Part shown: in pieces, positions 10,492 through 25,400 of the stretch
Layout of the letters: each line of letters begins with the position of its first letter
Numbering within the stretch: position 1 is the first letter of the stretch
From: Tubiluchus corallicola
Taxonomy: Eukaryota; Animalia; Priapulida
NCBI GenBank assembly: GCA_030141605.1
Contig: JAQGDQ010001102.1
Location: 1 to 62,628 of the forward strand
Length of the DNA: 62,628 bases
Reading direction: 5' to 3'
Translations under genes and position numbers: made by a program
The notes under the pieces: generated by a model
Databases searched by the model: none
Told to the model about the DNA's origin: nothing
Seen by the model: the letters and a program-made list of their open reading frames with translations, nothing else

Positions 10492-13400
10492 GTATGTATC
10501 TAAAGTGGCAATTTTTGGTAACTAACTTCATATTTATTTAGTGTACAGACTTGTTCCAGCATCGTCAGTGCACAAACAAAATAACCAATTTGATGATGAA
10601 GTAATAATTGGTGCGTTAAATAAGGAAGATGTTAACTTTAATTTGAAATACTGTACTTTTAGTGGCTGTAGAATTTTTTCGAAGTTCATCAGAATATTAG
10701 ATACTGTTTCAGTATCTTGTTATGACATATGTTTTTGTAGGAAAACTGTTGTTTCAAACTTGAAACTAATGTAAAAGTTTCGATTAATATCTTGCTTGAT
10801 ATATCATTAAGGTTCATGTATCGGGACTCGAGACAATAAGTTGCAAAATTGAGACTTAGTCTTGACATGAGACTTGAACTTTTGTAGGACTTGGCTTGAT
10901 TTGACACTTGACCAAGTGACATGACTCAATTGGTTTGCCAGTCTTTACTAGCTGTTTAAGAGTTTATATCAAAAAAAGTACACCAGTTTTTAATCTTTTA
11001 GAATCATATACTAATTAACGGGATAAGTAATGCTTCTGTTATTGAATTACAAATTTTGTGTAATGTTAGAAGTGCAGCCCATAATTTACCTTCATACTGT
11101 CTTATCTTATAGTCAGTGTAATAGTAGTGGAATGTCTATTCTTGGTTAACGTGTAAAGACAAGTGACAAATTTTGAGGTGATGTAGGCCACACATTTACA
11201 GTTACGTAATTATTGAGATATGTGATTTGCAGATGCAATGCATTTGTTTAGCTAATAATTTAGAAGTTCATAAATAGCACTAAATTTGATTGCACAAGTG
11301 TTTGACACTACTCTATGCTCTTTTGGTTCTGGTCATTTAAATGTTCTTGTGTGCCGTTTGTTTCTGTCGTAGGACGTACTCTATTTAGACTGTAAATGTA
11401 GTGTAGTTTGACATGTAAAAGGAATTATCAAATAATCTTTTTGTTTTTAGAATTACATAATTATAGTTAGTACTGAATGTGTCTGCGGCTGATAATCATA
11501 AATATTTTTATATAGGTTAGTAGTTCTGTATGTCATGTAAAGAAGAAAAGTCCAACAACACGTGCCAGTCTCTTAAAAACTTCTGCTTGTGTAAATGATA
11601 GACACCGATATAATTTACATTTTTGATGTCTTAATCTTTTGCAATTAATTTTAATAAACTTTTAATTTACCTGTTGAAGTTGATTTTAATTTTTCTAATG
11701 TCTTTGTAGAGTCATCATATGCAGAAGAAAAGTCCATGCCGTGTAAGAAGTTCAGCAGAATTGGCTGAAGTAAAATCTTGTAACCCACCTACTGATGAAA
11801 GAAATGATTCTTCACATTCACAGCCGCCAGCTGTAGGTGTGGCAACATCTTGTCACTCACCATTGCCCAAGAAACGCAAACCACAGACACCAAAAAATGA
11901 TAGACAAATAAGTAACATGTTGACAGAATTGTCAACACCTAAGGATATTTCACAATCTCCTGATGTTGCACCAAGAACTTCAGTAACCAACTCACAGTGT
12001 ACACCGAGTACACCCAGAAGAAAAGTTTTGGCAGAAGTTGGTATGCTGAGAAACAAGATTCAGTCTCCTAATATAAAACCAAGAACATTAAGAAATTTAT
12101 GCAAACCAGTGAGTTCAGAAAAAGGACACAGTCCAGTTGTTACACCAAGAAAGTCAAAAAGTAATCTTAAAGCTAACGTTGGTATAGAAGCTTCTTGTTC
12201 TACTAGGAATGTGCATGTGCAAGGCAGTAAGCATAATTCACAGAATACTCCTAAAAATAGGCTCAACCTAGACAAACCTTTGTCTCGTGGTTGTATGAAC
12301 TCACAAGAAGACAATAAGTGTCAAGTAAGTTTATTTTTTGTTTCTTTATTGAAGTAACAGTTCGGCCTTATCATTGTTTTTTCAGAAAAGTTCAAGGTGC
12401 ACGTTGTAGAATGATATTGCACTCGATTTGTAAAATAATCAACTACATTCAAACTTCTTTATACCACCTGCTTTGGGACAAGAAAAAAGTTGGCGTTATA
12501 GCAAGTTTGGTATTATAACAAGGTGTGTTAAATTTTGGCAAAAATAAATCACAAAACAGTCAGATGAGTGCACAGATTCGAGTCCTCAATTTTCGCTCTA
12601 AAGGTTAATGAATTAAAGAAAATTATTAAATTAATCATTTGTGAACTGAATTAATGACTCACTCAGAATCAGTCATCTTTATTAAAAACCATTTTTTACA
12701 TAATAAACGTGTTCTGTACTCAACTACATATATAAAAGACTGTAGGTCAACTGCTTCATTAAATATGTCTGTATATAAAAAAAGGTTAAGTCATAACTAC
12801 GAATTTCTTACTGATGAAAAAAAGCCACACGTTTTCTTGTCAGTTTCCGTTATGACTACATGCCATTATGTGGTGCATTCATTTTGATTATGCAATGTGC
12901 ATTATAGCTTGCAAGCATTAAAAATGTGATGACGTGCATTATTTTATACAACACGCGACGTTTAGCCAGTGACTGCAACTCGGCTGGGCATGTAGCAACC
13001 TCGTACTGTGGGCATTATATCAAGAAGCTGCTGGCATTATTTGAGAGACTGAGACTGCTGGTGATATTTTCTCAATAACACCTATATTAACTTGCCTGGC
13101 AGATGGTGGGTAATGGGGTGGCACATTTATATATAAAATATTACCTATATTAATTTGCCTGGCAGATGGTGGGTAATGCGGTGGCACATTTATATATAAA
13201 ATATTACCTATATTAATTTGCCTGGCAGATGGCAGGTAATGGGGTGGAGCGTTTATATACCTGGCGGTATACGGTATATATAACGGGTTATTTTTATATA
13301 CAGTCGAATACAACCGTTTTGTTCCTGGCCATTTTGTAAGCGGTAGACGAGTTTGGCTTTATAACGGGGAGTGGTGTAATGAGGCTTGACTGAAATTATA

Positions 13401-16400
13401 TAATTAGATGCTTTTACCTTTGGGATAACTGTTTTCTCGACAGTTGAATGCTAATGTTATTTGAACAAGGCTGAGGAAACTACTTTATACTTAAATAATC
13501 CTGAAAAATCTGCACATTTTGGTAAAAAAACTCAGCTTCCGATGATGCACAGTTACATGCGGCAATACCATAAGGCACAGTGACTCATAGGACTACACTA
13601 TGCAGTCATAAGCCTGGAACTACCAAAACAGTTAATAGTTAATAAGGTGTAGTCAAAGGTGAGATTTCTTCTTAAAATAGAAAAATTATTATATTTTTTA
13701 AAAGAGCTATTTTAAACAGAAAAGTTTCACATTCAGGTTGCTTAAATAAACAGTTACTATTGTATAGTTAACCTCTTGGAAAAAAATCACATTTTTGTTT
13801 TCACACGTTTGTGCTCCTCTCCCCCAACCCCATTGGGAAAAGTAGTTTGCTAGGCTTTCTGTTGCATTCTGTTTCTGTTTAAATTTATGCTTCTAGGCTG
13901 GAATATGAGAAGCTAGATAGGAGTGGATAGCATAAACACAATTAGCACATGCATTTACATAAGTAGCTTTGTGTTTGATGTAATATGTGCCAAATACATG
14001 TATTAGCCATGTAGCTTCATTAGGACAAGTTAAAATGTGCTAAAGTAGTGACTTACTGATCTGACAATTAATTCAGATCAATTAATTTGTAACTTTGTTG
14101 TATAGCATTTAAATTGACAGATTTTTACATTAAAATACCTTTTCAGTAGAAATAAACAGTTGGGTATTAGGTTTAACAATTATGTGTAAAAGCAGTTGTT
14201 TCTTTTAGTAAATGCCTTGTAAATATTTGTCAAATTTAATAAAAATTAGTAACTTCTTAGAACTTCTAATATGTATAAAACTTTTAGTCCAGGTACATGT
14301 GCTAGTACCAGTACTAGTACTAGTTAATAAATGCTTGAATTAGCTTAAATTTGTGTGTAGCCATAATGTAAATTTCTCATCAATTGTGCTTGTTTCTGCA
14401 ATAACAACGGTTGCTGGTCTCTACCCTGACGTCAGACTACACAATATGGCCGAAATTTATCAAGTGCAAAACCCGCAGTTATATTACCACGATTATCAAA
14501 CCACCGTTGTAGTTGTTGTGCGCATGAAAATATTGAAATTTGATTTTATTTCGTTATTTCTGTTTTTCACCAGTAGATAGTTTTTGCATCAAGAATGTCT
14601 AGGTTGTTTACTTTAAATTACGTAAATTTGAAATGCTTTAATGCAAAAGTGATAAAATGAAGTAGAATTAGAAAACAGAGGATCTAAGATGATGTAATAC
14701 TTTAACTTATCATTTAGTAAGAACTAGCAGTGACATGTTCTGTCTAATATGAGCTAGTAGTCAGCATTATCTCAGTATTACATCTTAGTAATTTAATTAC
14801 TAAGTTGTTAATGAACTGCTGACTTGAATTTTGTCATAAAATATATAATGATGAAATCCAATCAGCTGATAATTTAATCCTTATCATCCAACCTCTGACT
14901 AGCCACAAAGCCCAGAACAAGTTTGCTATTATTCTATAATTTTGTGTAGCTTTCTCTCCCTCTTTTGCAGTTTTGCAGTTTTCTTCTAGTTAATTATAAA
15001 AATGTGAATACGGCAATGTATGAGATAATTTGTGAATATATTTCTCGATGTATCTCCTTTAAAATTTAACTAACAGAATGTTAGCATACACCAGGTTGGT
15101 CGCTTGCTAATTTAAAATTATTTAATATGGATGGGAAGTGATTCAGAAACAGATTCAAACTGTGTCTGTTTTCTGCATCATAGTGAAATTTTGTTTAATT
15201 AATAACAAGTAGAAAGCAACACTTTTCTGTATAACTACCCACTTTTGATGACTGCTAAATGATAAAGAACTAGAATATTTAACAGTAAATGATCAAATCC
15301 ACCGGGCTGACATTTAGTATGGATCTGCACAGAAGCAAAATCCCGAGTAAAATGTGTGAAAAATGTTAGATTGCTTTAACCTAAAAAAGTGTTTACTTTG
15401 TTGTTAAATTTTAGTTTTCACTACCTGAGAAAGGAGATGATGAAGTAGATTGCAGTGTAATTGTAGGTGTTAGAGCTCGGCCATTTAACAACAGGTATGT
15501 CACTATGTCTTCAATTCCAATTAGAGTAAGTCAGGTTGGCCTGAAGGTCTCTCTGTTTTGTGAAAATTTTGTCTTCTGCTTCTTCGTTAATTAACATAGC
15601 TAATGTTCATTTTGTCCATTTCATTATAGATTAATGGAAGCATGAACTGTCACCATAAATTTTCTCTACATTTATTTATTGACTTCTTTTTGATAAACTG
15701 AGCAGGTGTGTTTGCTGCTGCCCAAGTACACAAATTCTCTAGTAAAATGTATTGCTTACATGATACCCTGTAATGGTGGTGCTTTTATAGCTTTTTACTC
15801 TTTTGTGGCATTTAATATTCTTGTTTTAGGGAATTACTGGAAAGGCATCTAAGATGCATTGTTCAAATGACTGGAAACCAAATAAAGGTCACTTCTGATA
15901 CTGGTGCAGAGAATTATTTTCGTTATGACCACTGCTTCTGGTCTTTTGATAAGAAGGAGCCAACCTATGCTGACCAAGAAAGTGTTTACTGTTCTATTGG
16001 GAGGCCATTGCTGCACAAGGCATTAGAAGGTTACAATGTGTGTCTCTTTGCATATGGTCAAACATCTTCTGGAAAGTCTTATAGGTATTAATTTAGCATT
16101 GATCATTCAGGAGAAAAGTGCAGTCATAATACATTTTAAAATCATAACTATTATTTATTGACCACAAGTTTCAGTCTACAGGCTTTTAGATGATTTACAG
16201 ACATGGGTTTCGAAGGATTTAAAGCACCAAAAAACCTTCAATTGTTTGAAATTTTATTTCATCTGTACACCACCTTATTACGTATACAGCTTGTATTAGC
16301 AGCAACACTGCATAAAGCTTGAAAATTTAAATTCTCGTGGTGACCGTTAGGCACAGCCATTTTGATATTAGGTCATTTGAAACACGTTTAAATAACATTG

Positions 16401-19400
16401 CAAAAGTTTGGGAAAAATAATTAGAACATTCGTAGCACTCACTTCAGTAACTAAGCAATAGTATAAATTACTGCCTCTTGTCAGTAAAATTAAAAATACA
16501 TTTTTTGGTGAGTCAGTGGTCATTTTACCAGGTGACACAAACATTTTAAGTGACTACGAATTTTCTTTTCTAATTACGTAAGTCTTTCAAGCAGCTAAGA
16601 GTAATTCTGTTGTATAACTTTGTGTGGAATGTTTATCGGGACGTATTTTAAAATTGTCTTTTTCCCCCTTTAATTATTTACTACATTCATAAATGCATTA
16701 AATTTCGGTCAGTGCTACTTTTGTTTTTTGACATGTACTTTGGCATACATGTCTCTTGCACTCTACTGAATAACATCATTCAAATATGCTAAGCCATACA
16801 TTTTTGTACTAATTACTTGTCAAAAAATTACATGTACTAAAAGAAATGTCAAGTCAATGCACCAGAACATCAAGCAAAACATAATTTTTAACAATAGGGT
16901 TGGTTCCAATGACAATACGAGCTTTTGGGCAAGACATATTATCTAGGGTATACACACAATTTAAGAGGAATCATGCTAATTAGTATTTTTAATTTCATGC
17001 AGCATAATGGGTGAGCTTAATGAGCTGGGAATCATACCCAGATATTGTAAGGAGCTATTCAACAATGTCAAGTTGGACACATCTGTAGTTTGTGGTTTTG
17101 AGCTTAGCTATTTTGAGATCTACAATGAGAAAATTCATGATCTACTTGCTAGCAATGAACATGGAAAAGTTAACGTAAGTATTGATTATTTTTGTACAAA
17201 TTTTACTGCTGCATGACTGTTGCACATAGTTTCGCATATTAACTACTTAAAGTAAGTCTACAACGTGTGACTATGCAGTATATTTAACTCTATTCCAAGG
17301 GCGTAAAAATGTCTGCTGATTGTGTAATGTATCAATGCATACCATTAAATGTACACCAGCCCACCTGCTGTCATGTACTATAGGAATCAACATTCGTAAT
17401 TTTTTGAGTCACTATAAACTTCATCCTAATGAATGTTTTACTTGAACCTGGTAAGAAATTGAGATTTGTTGTAAGAATTATCAGTAATATGAATTAAGCT
17501 GTATCATCATTGCAGACGTACTATTGAATATTTCTAATTTGTCTGGCATGAGTTTGTATCATTTTGTTTCATTAACTCAATTTCAAGAGGCACACGTAAC
17601 ATTATGAGATTTCTTGGAGACTTAAGCTGACATATTTTTGCTATTTTGTATTTATTAGGCAGCAGTCTTTTTAAATTGTATATTGACTTACTTTGTCTTA
17701 AGGTAAAAGTGTTACATCTTGACATACGTATGACGTGTTTTTAGTGAAAATAATTAAGCAGTTTGATATGACATGGGATGTGACTCTTTGCAAGTGGCTT
17801 ATTCATTAGACTAACATACTGTATTATGAGCTTTCTTGAGATTAACAATCTTTTGCTACTATTTCATAACTTTATAACTGTATTTTATAAACATGTCCAG
17901 AAATAAAGTAGATTTGTAATTGCTTCTTTTTTGGTTATCCTACTCTTTTCTTGTTAAACTGAATATTTTAGTTGAAAGTAAGAGAACATCCGGTAATGGG
18001 TCCATATGTTGAAGATTTGACTAAAGTTCCTGCAGAGAATTTTGATGATGTGAAGGTAAGAGTAGACTGCTTTTATTTATTTTACTTATTTTACATTTGC
18101 TTGCATATACTTGGAGTGCAGTATTGACATTATCGACTAACAGCGTTAACATGCAGTATGACTTACACAACCTTGTGGGAAAGAGAGCATTCAGTATGCT
18201 TTCCAACCCATTTCCTAAACTATGCTAATAAGGAAATGCCATTAGTGCAAGAGTAGCAGGAACTACAATAAAAAATTGCAGACTTGGAAACTCAGTCAAA
18301 TTAGAAAATGAATGCTTCGTCCTTTACAGATCAGTCCAAGTTTTTTTATCTTAAGTTTACCTATCATTAGAACTCAAAACTAAAATGGTAACATGTATAA
18401 CTTGAAATGAAATGCGGGCACAGGTCCTGAGGGCATGTGGGGAACATGTCTCGAACATTAATTCTGATTGGGTGGGACCAGTATAATCCTAAAACCGTAG
18501 TGAGTATTCCTGATCCAAGAACTTGCCATCTGATCATATTACAATCATATTTCATCATATTGTAAGTGGGAAAAATATTTGCTTTCCAAATCGATTCTGC
18601 GACTTTTGTGCTAATGGGGTTTCCTCATAAAATTAATGTGTTTTAGAAATCAGGCAGTTTCTGCTGGCAGACAAGCTAAGCTGTAGCAGTTGCAATTTCA
18701 CTTGTGATAGCTGTATCACAATCAGTTCCAATGTGTCCTTCAGAAACCTCAAATGTAAATGGATAGACTGTTGTTGTTGTTGATAGTAACATGTTATGTT
18801 ATTTATGGTTCCTACCTCTTCCTCCTACCTGGAATACCTTATACGTGACTGACTGCTTCACTTACTTGGAATCACCATGACTGACCTCTTCACTTCACTC
18901 TTATCTGGAATCACCATGACTAACCATTTCACTAACCATATAGAAAAAACTCTTTATAGTTAGCTAGCTAAACCATTTTTATTTCAGCATTTGGAAATTG
19001 TGTTTTGATTTGTGTTTCTGTGGTACTGCATTAGACATTAGAAGAATTTATGATTGTGTTTTTTGAAACAGTTGCATTTTCTGTTGGAATAGCTCTTGTT
19101 TATGTTACTTTCATTATTTTGTTATCTATTAGATGTGGCTGGAGATGGGAAGTAAACAAAGAGCAACAGCAGCTACAGGAATGAATGACAAGAGCAGTCG
19201 ATCTCATTCTGTGTTTACTATAGAGCTGACTCAGAAAAGGGTAATCTCTACCAACTGTGTGATACTCTTTATTTTTATTAGAAGCTTAGAGTAGAAGCCC
19301 AGAAGCACTATCGTTTTTTTCAAGAGTTCAGGAAACATGTTTTGAAAGAATATTTCAATCGATTTTGTAAAATAATCAACTAATTAAATAAGTAATTAGA

Positions 19401-22400
19401 TGATTTTGTCTTTCACTAACTGTTTTACTGAGCACACCATGCAGACGTCGTCACAGAAAGGCTTGCAGTCTGTTTAGCTCTTTATCAAGGGTGGGCTGGC
19501 CCACCCAGACATCCAATTTTTCTGTTTAGGTCTTTTTACTAAACAAAGTAAGCTATTCCGTTATAATCTCCTGGAAATTGTGCACATTTTGGTATAAAAG
19601 TCAACTTCCTATAATATATGGTTCTGAAGTTGAGCGCAGTTAAACGGCAATGCTTGCTACATAGCACACAGACTAATAGGAATATTCTATGCAGTCATGG
19701 ACTTTCGAATTTGTAGGTAAAGAGATGTAGTCAAAAGGGTGAGATCTTCTTAAAGTAGCAACAATTCAGTAAAATATTCTATTTAAAAGAGTTACTATAA
19801 ATGGTAAAATTAATATGTGCAGGAAATGTTTGCTAATCTGGTGAGGAAGGCCCAAGATGCATAAATTGCACTGTGTAGTACTTAGTCGTTGCTGGCTTTT
19901 TGCAGCAGCATGTCAACTTTTTGTGACGGTAGGACTCCAGTTTATGAAACCATAAAATACTGGTACGGTTATCTATGTCAGCACACGTGTCAGTTATTAG
20001 CTAATGAAAGGTATCACTTATTTTTATTGCTTTGTGTCACTGAAGTTGCTAAACGTAGTACAGTGTTATCTGAATGCTAGTATACACGTGACAGCAGGCA
20101 CTGGTATACCAGCTAAATAGTACATACATTATTCATTAGCAGTGGAGGTTAGAGCAAGTAAGAATCCGTAAACTGTGATTTACCAATCTGACTAATGATT
20201 TATAATTTTATTGTATGGCAGGTACATTTTTAAGTTTATAATCATTATTATCAGTAAACCTTTTTATTGTCTTTTACAGATTATATCTTGATAATGATTG
20301 GCAAACTGTTGTTCTAGACTAAACATACCTGCCAGTTTGCCATCTGTTATAACTATTGCTTTTTGCTTAAAAAAATGACAAGACCTTGTATAATTAGGAC
20401 GGCTCCAGATCTAAATTATTTTGTAGAATATATCTTTCTAAAGACCTTAAACGAGTGTCCACTGCTTTTCTGTTTAGAGCGTTGAATTACCTTGATAAGC
20501 AGAATAAATCTGTAATGTTTTCAATTTTGTTGGCCAGTCTTTCACACTGATTGATTGATGTGCACCACTGCAAACAAAATAACTTTGGATAATTATTTAT
20601 TTTTTAATATCTCATTAAGTACTTTAGCTTCACACTATTTTTATTATTTTTTTAATTGATCACATTTCTTTCAAGTTAATTGGAGCATTGCCTGTTGCTA
20701 AGAAAATAATTTTTTGTTGTTATTGTATTGCTTTTTCTTGTAGTTTACCTAAGTTTTTGTTGGTTGCTGTAATTTTTGTGTCACAGTACCTTTGTTTCAG
20801 GTGGAACTTATTAATGATGTCAAGCACGAGTCGAGTAGGATAAGCAGAGTAAACCTTGTTGATTTAGCTGGTAGTGAGCGTGCAGGGCTTGCTAATACTA
20901 CTGGTGATAGATTTAAGGTAATCTTATTTTAAGCTTCCAGTTCCCAGTGCAAGAAAAAACACAAAAATACAAAATACATCTGATAATCAGTTATATACTA
21001 TCTAGTTCAAAGTAGTAAATAAACTGCTGATATATTAATATAATTGATATGTACAGTAAAATGTAGTCAACCGTTGAGACAGAGAGTAAGAGGGCAGCCA
21101 GAGAGGATAACTTCATAATGTGTAAGGTCATACCTTTTTTAAATATCTTGAAGGCATGCAGTGCAGAAATAAATTACCTGTTTGTTGTTGCTTTCAACAT
21201 ATTTGACATGTACAGAGTATCAGGAGTAGTAAAAGATGTAGAAAATTTTAGTAATCATCCTTGATTAAATGTGCCTTTCAGGAAGGAGTGAATATAAACA
21301 AATCGCTAATGATGCTGGGTAAAGTCATTCAGCAGCTTGCAAACCGTACCAGCAAGAAGAAGGTGTTTATTCAGTACAGGGATTCTGTTCTAACCTGGTG
21401 AGTGATGCAGAAAAAACATGCGCCCACATGTTATAGGGATGCTTAGTGGCTACAAATGATTTTTGATAAGTACATTGATAATCGAACAGTTACTTTGGCA
21501 GCATATACTGCACACGACATGTCAAACATTTGGCAATTGTAATCACTATTTTTCATTCACCAATAAAAAAAACTTGGCCAAAACTGTACTATACACTTTT
21601 TGTTATCAGGCTTTGCCAAATGATCTCGGCCGCGAGATTGCACGTAGGTTAGTGTTTTTGCTTAGCTGTTGCATAGATTTTGAATTTTTGTTTTACGTGT
21701 TTGTCAGGGTGGGACTTCTGTTGAATGAGTTTTTTTGATTAAAATGTAATTAGAGATGCAAAGGATGGAGCATTTTACCATTCACCTTTGACTTTTCCTG
21801 TTTATACCCATGTCAGGTAGAGAAGGAATTTCAAGGTTTGAGTCTACAATTAAGTTTTCTTGACTGAATCAATACATTCTCTGTGTGTAAGGCAGAGGTT
21901 GAACTTCAAGGATTGTTTACTGAAAACTTGAATGTATGCTCTTTAGAAGCATTTGGCTTTGATCTTTGACTCTTCAGTTTGGTATTATGCCCGTTTTGTG
22001 ACATTTGAATCAATAGTCTCTGAATTTCCTAATCAGTGTAGCTGTTGTACTTGGTCATTCTAAAAGTATTATCCACACCCTCACTAAATCTGTGAGTGGT
22101 TAAAATTTTGTACTATTTGTTCACAAAGTATGTGCACTTTGCTTAATTTCTTGTTGCAATTTGTTGTAAATTGGTAAATTTGTTTATTTCATTTTTGTTT
22201 TAGGCTGTTGAAGGAGAGTTTAGGTGGCAATTCAAGAACTGCAATGCTTGCAACTATTAGTCCTGCTAATATTCATTATGAAGAGACTATGAGTACCCTC
22301 AGGTATGCTCGACAAGCCAGGAATATTGTCAATACAGCTCATGTTAATGAGGATCCGAGTGCTATTATTATCAAAGGTAAGGTTGCATGGATATATTAGT

Positions 22401-25400
22401 ATACCTGTGTACAGTAGTAATGGCTGTAGTCAAACTGGACTGATTTTTTTTGTACCATGATATCTTTTCTGTGTACAAATGTTTCATTTTAACAAGGATT
22501 GGTCTAATTTTGCATAATCCATTGCTTTAGAGATCTATTTTCGATTTTGCTTAAAGGGGTAAGACATTTCTTGTTGGTGTTGTTGAGTTGCTAGTAGCGT
22601 AAGACTACCACAGTTGTGCTTTTTTCGCTAACAATTTGCTACACATTGACTTGTTTTATCATTATAAGTTTTAAGTAACCCTGTAATTTTTGTTAAACTA
22701 CTTAACTTTGTACAATGGAAATGTACACTATCTTCTATAGTTACGAAATCTGCTGTAGAACTTGTATGGAGTCTTCAAGCAGGACTTGGCATGGCTAAAA
22801 CCCAGAAAGTCTTGAATGCATTCTCTCATATCAAACGGCAAGAATAGAATTGTACACTTTCTTCATAGTTTTCCAGATTTTCCAATTCTTACACATGTAG
22901 CATCTTTTCTAGAGCATCTTGTTACTCTCGATGATAGAGCCAAGCGTGGTGCAAGCCTGACATAAAATGCCTACCTTGGTCAGAATGATTCATTTTTTTT
23001 AAAACAAACAACGATGAATGCATGCAGACTTTTGGTATGTGCGCAGCTGCTGAATGGCTTTTAGATAGCGTGTTAATGCACATACGCTAGTTAATATGTA
23101 TGAATTCAATACCTTTCATAGCTTTCAGGTTTTTTTGACAGTCATTTTACTAAGTAGTTCGTGGAAGGTTGGTACAAGATGAAGTTTATTATATTTTGGT
23201 TGGCCTTCCAATCGTGTGATAAGTGTGACGATTTGTAGCAATCTATCACATCCTTTCCAATGGTGTTTCCAATAAAAGTATTCCAAAGTACCATTGTTCA
23301 CCCTTTTGTGGACAGATAATGGGCAGCAGTCAAGGTCAATGAAAGGTTTCTGGTTTATCACTAGTGGCTTTATCTCTTCAGCAAGTGTAACTGGCTGAAA
23401 CATCTTGTTAAATAGCATTAACAGGGAAGATAGAGTTGACTTGACAGAGTTTCTTAAAAACAGCTGGTTTAATTCTTTGTTGCCAGTGAAATCATTTACA
23501 AGCAACAGAAATTTTCTGCGTAGGAAGAGCAGGACCGACACCTCCAGTAACTGGACCTGTTATTAAGTTTGATGGAGGTTAGCTTCATCTGTTTTGCTCT
23601 TAGTAAAAGATTTAAGTATTTCCTCTCTGAATACATTAACATAGTATTAGAGTTGCCGTGGAGATTTAGCAGCATTGGCAATAGATTTGGAACACTTCTT
23701 CTTTCCTGTTTGAGACCTTAATTTGAAGATCAAACGACTTTTCTTTTAGAAGGAGGCACAAGTTTTGTCCAAACTTAAAACAAAGGCCAAGCCAGCAACA
23801 TGTTATTTTGAAATTTCAGTTCTCATTATTTAGAATAACTTCTAAATCGTTTTGTTCACTGACACTGCTAATTTCTAGTGTACCCAAGTAATTACTCGCT
23901 TTGTTTATTACGCGAGCCTAATATTTCTATCCCGGTTCCAACAATGAAAATGCAGACATTATTTCTATAATCCATTCTTGGGGAATTTGAAATTTAAATG
24001 CCATCTTCTGTTATGCACTTCTACAGTAAGTATGATAGTATACTAGCAGACTATATTACATATAGCTGCTGCTTTGGCCACTAACAAAGATACAAATTAA
24101 ATGGATTATTAACTTCAACAGCACACAAAAGGGTAACACAGATTACTTTAGTCCCGTATTCTCTACACTGTATTAATGGTGCTCAGTGTGGTACCTAGGC
24201 TGATTTAGATGACTCATTGACAAAGCTTGCTATGAAGTAATTAAGGTCTGTCTAGCAGATAAAAACTCCGAGTCAAATGCTTTGTCTGGAAAAATACTAA
24301 CTTTCGCGATTTACAGCTCCTGTGTTCAGGCTTTCAGGGTGTAATAAAAGAATGCTCATTATTAACATAACAGTGCTGTTAGTTAAAATGCACCAGTGGT
24401 TATTTTTATTTGTGAATATAAATGATTACAGTTTCTTCACTGAATTTTCACAATCGGGTACCCAGGTACCCTTTGGGTATAAAGAAGAGGGTATCTGAGT
24501 GTGATTTTTGCTAGGCCACTACCCGTGTAAACACTACTAATTTCACTGCTGTTCAATATCTACCTAAGGCTTTGTGCATTACGACTGCCTATGTGCATTA
24601 GTTTGCATTTAAACTCGTTGAAGCAAGGTTACCACTTAACAGGATTTGCATATTCCGTCAGTATCTGTTTGAAAATTCATTGTAGAGGTGTATCATCTTT
24701 TAAGCACATAGATATCTTTGTATCATCAGCAAATATATGGATAGTGTGTTGCTGACAATCTCTGGCAGATTCCGCTTTCCACCATAACCCAGTGTGAGTG
24801 TTTGCCATTGCCGTTTTTCCTTTAAAGCCATTTCAGTAACTTACTAGTTACACTGTACGATTCGAATTTTAGCAGCAATTGTCTATGTGGCACTGAATCG
24901 GATGTCCTATTAAAGCCTAGGACATCTCCTGGTATGCTGGCGTCTAATGAAACAGTCCATTCTTTCAAAACACTTAGTAAATGCATCATTACAGATCAAT
25001 CTGGGATAAATCCTTCTGCCAGATTTTGATCTGCTTATAAAGAATCGTCATAATTATGACGAATTAGGTTGCCCTGTACAAATTTTTGAGTGACTTTCTA
25101 CTGCAGCCGCTATTTTACCTAGTTACTAAAGTAAATAATTTTCACCTGTGTGTTAAGATTTGTTGTCAATGTGTATAATGCTGAAAATCGAGGTTTCCCA
25201 AACTATTATTCAATCTAATCTTGTTGTCAATGCCATTGCTAACATAAACAGTAACTATGGCAACCAGTTTACAAGAATAACATTTTATATTATTCCGCGA
25301 GACATATATGGTAACCTTGGCTTGATGGGCATTAGGTAGGTCGTTAAAAATAAAAAGATCAGTAATGACATGGTTGTTAAGGCTGATCTGCATGGGGCAG

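Noticed and set aside
13020-13313. 97-aa repetitive ORF on - strand
   Set aside because: Translation of the 63-bp minisatellite; no splice or homology support.
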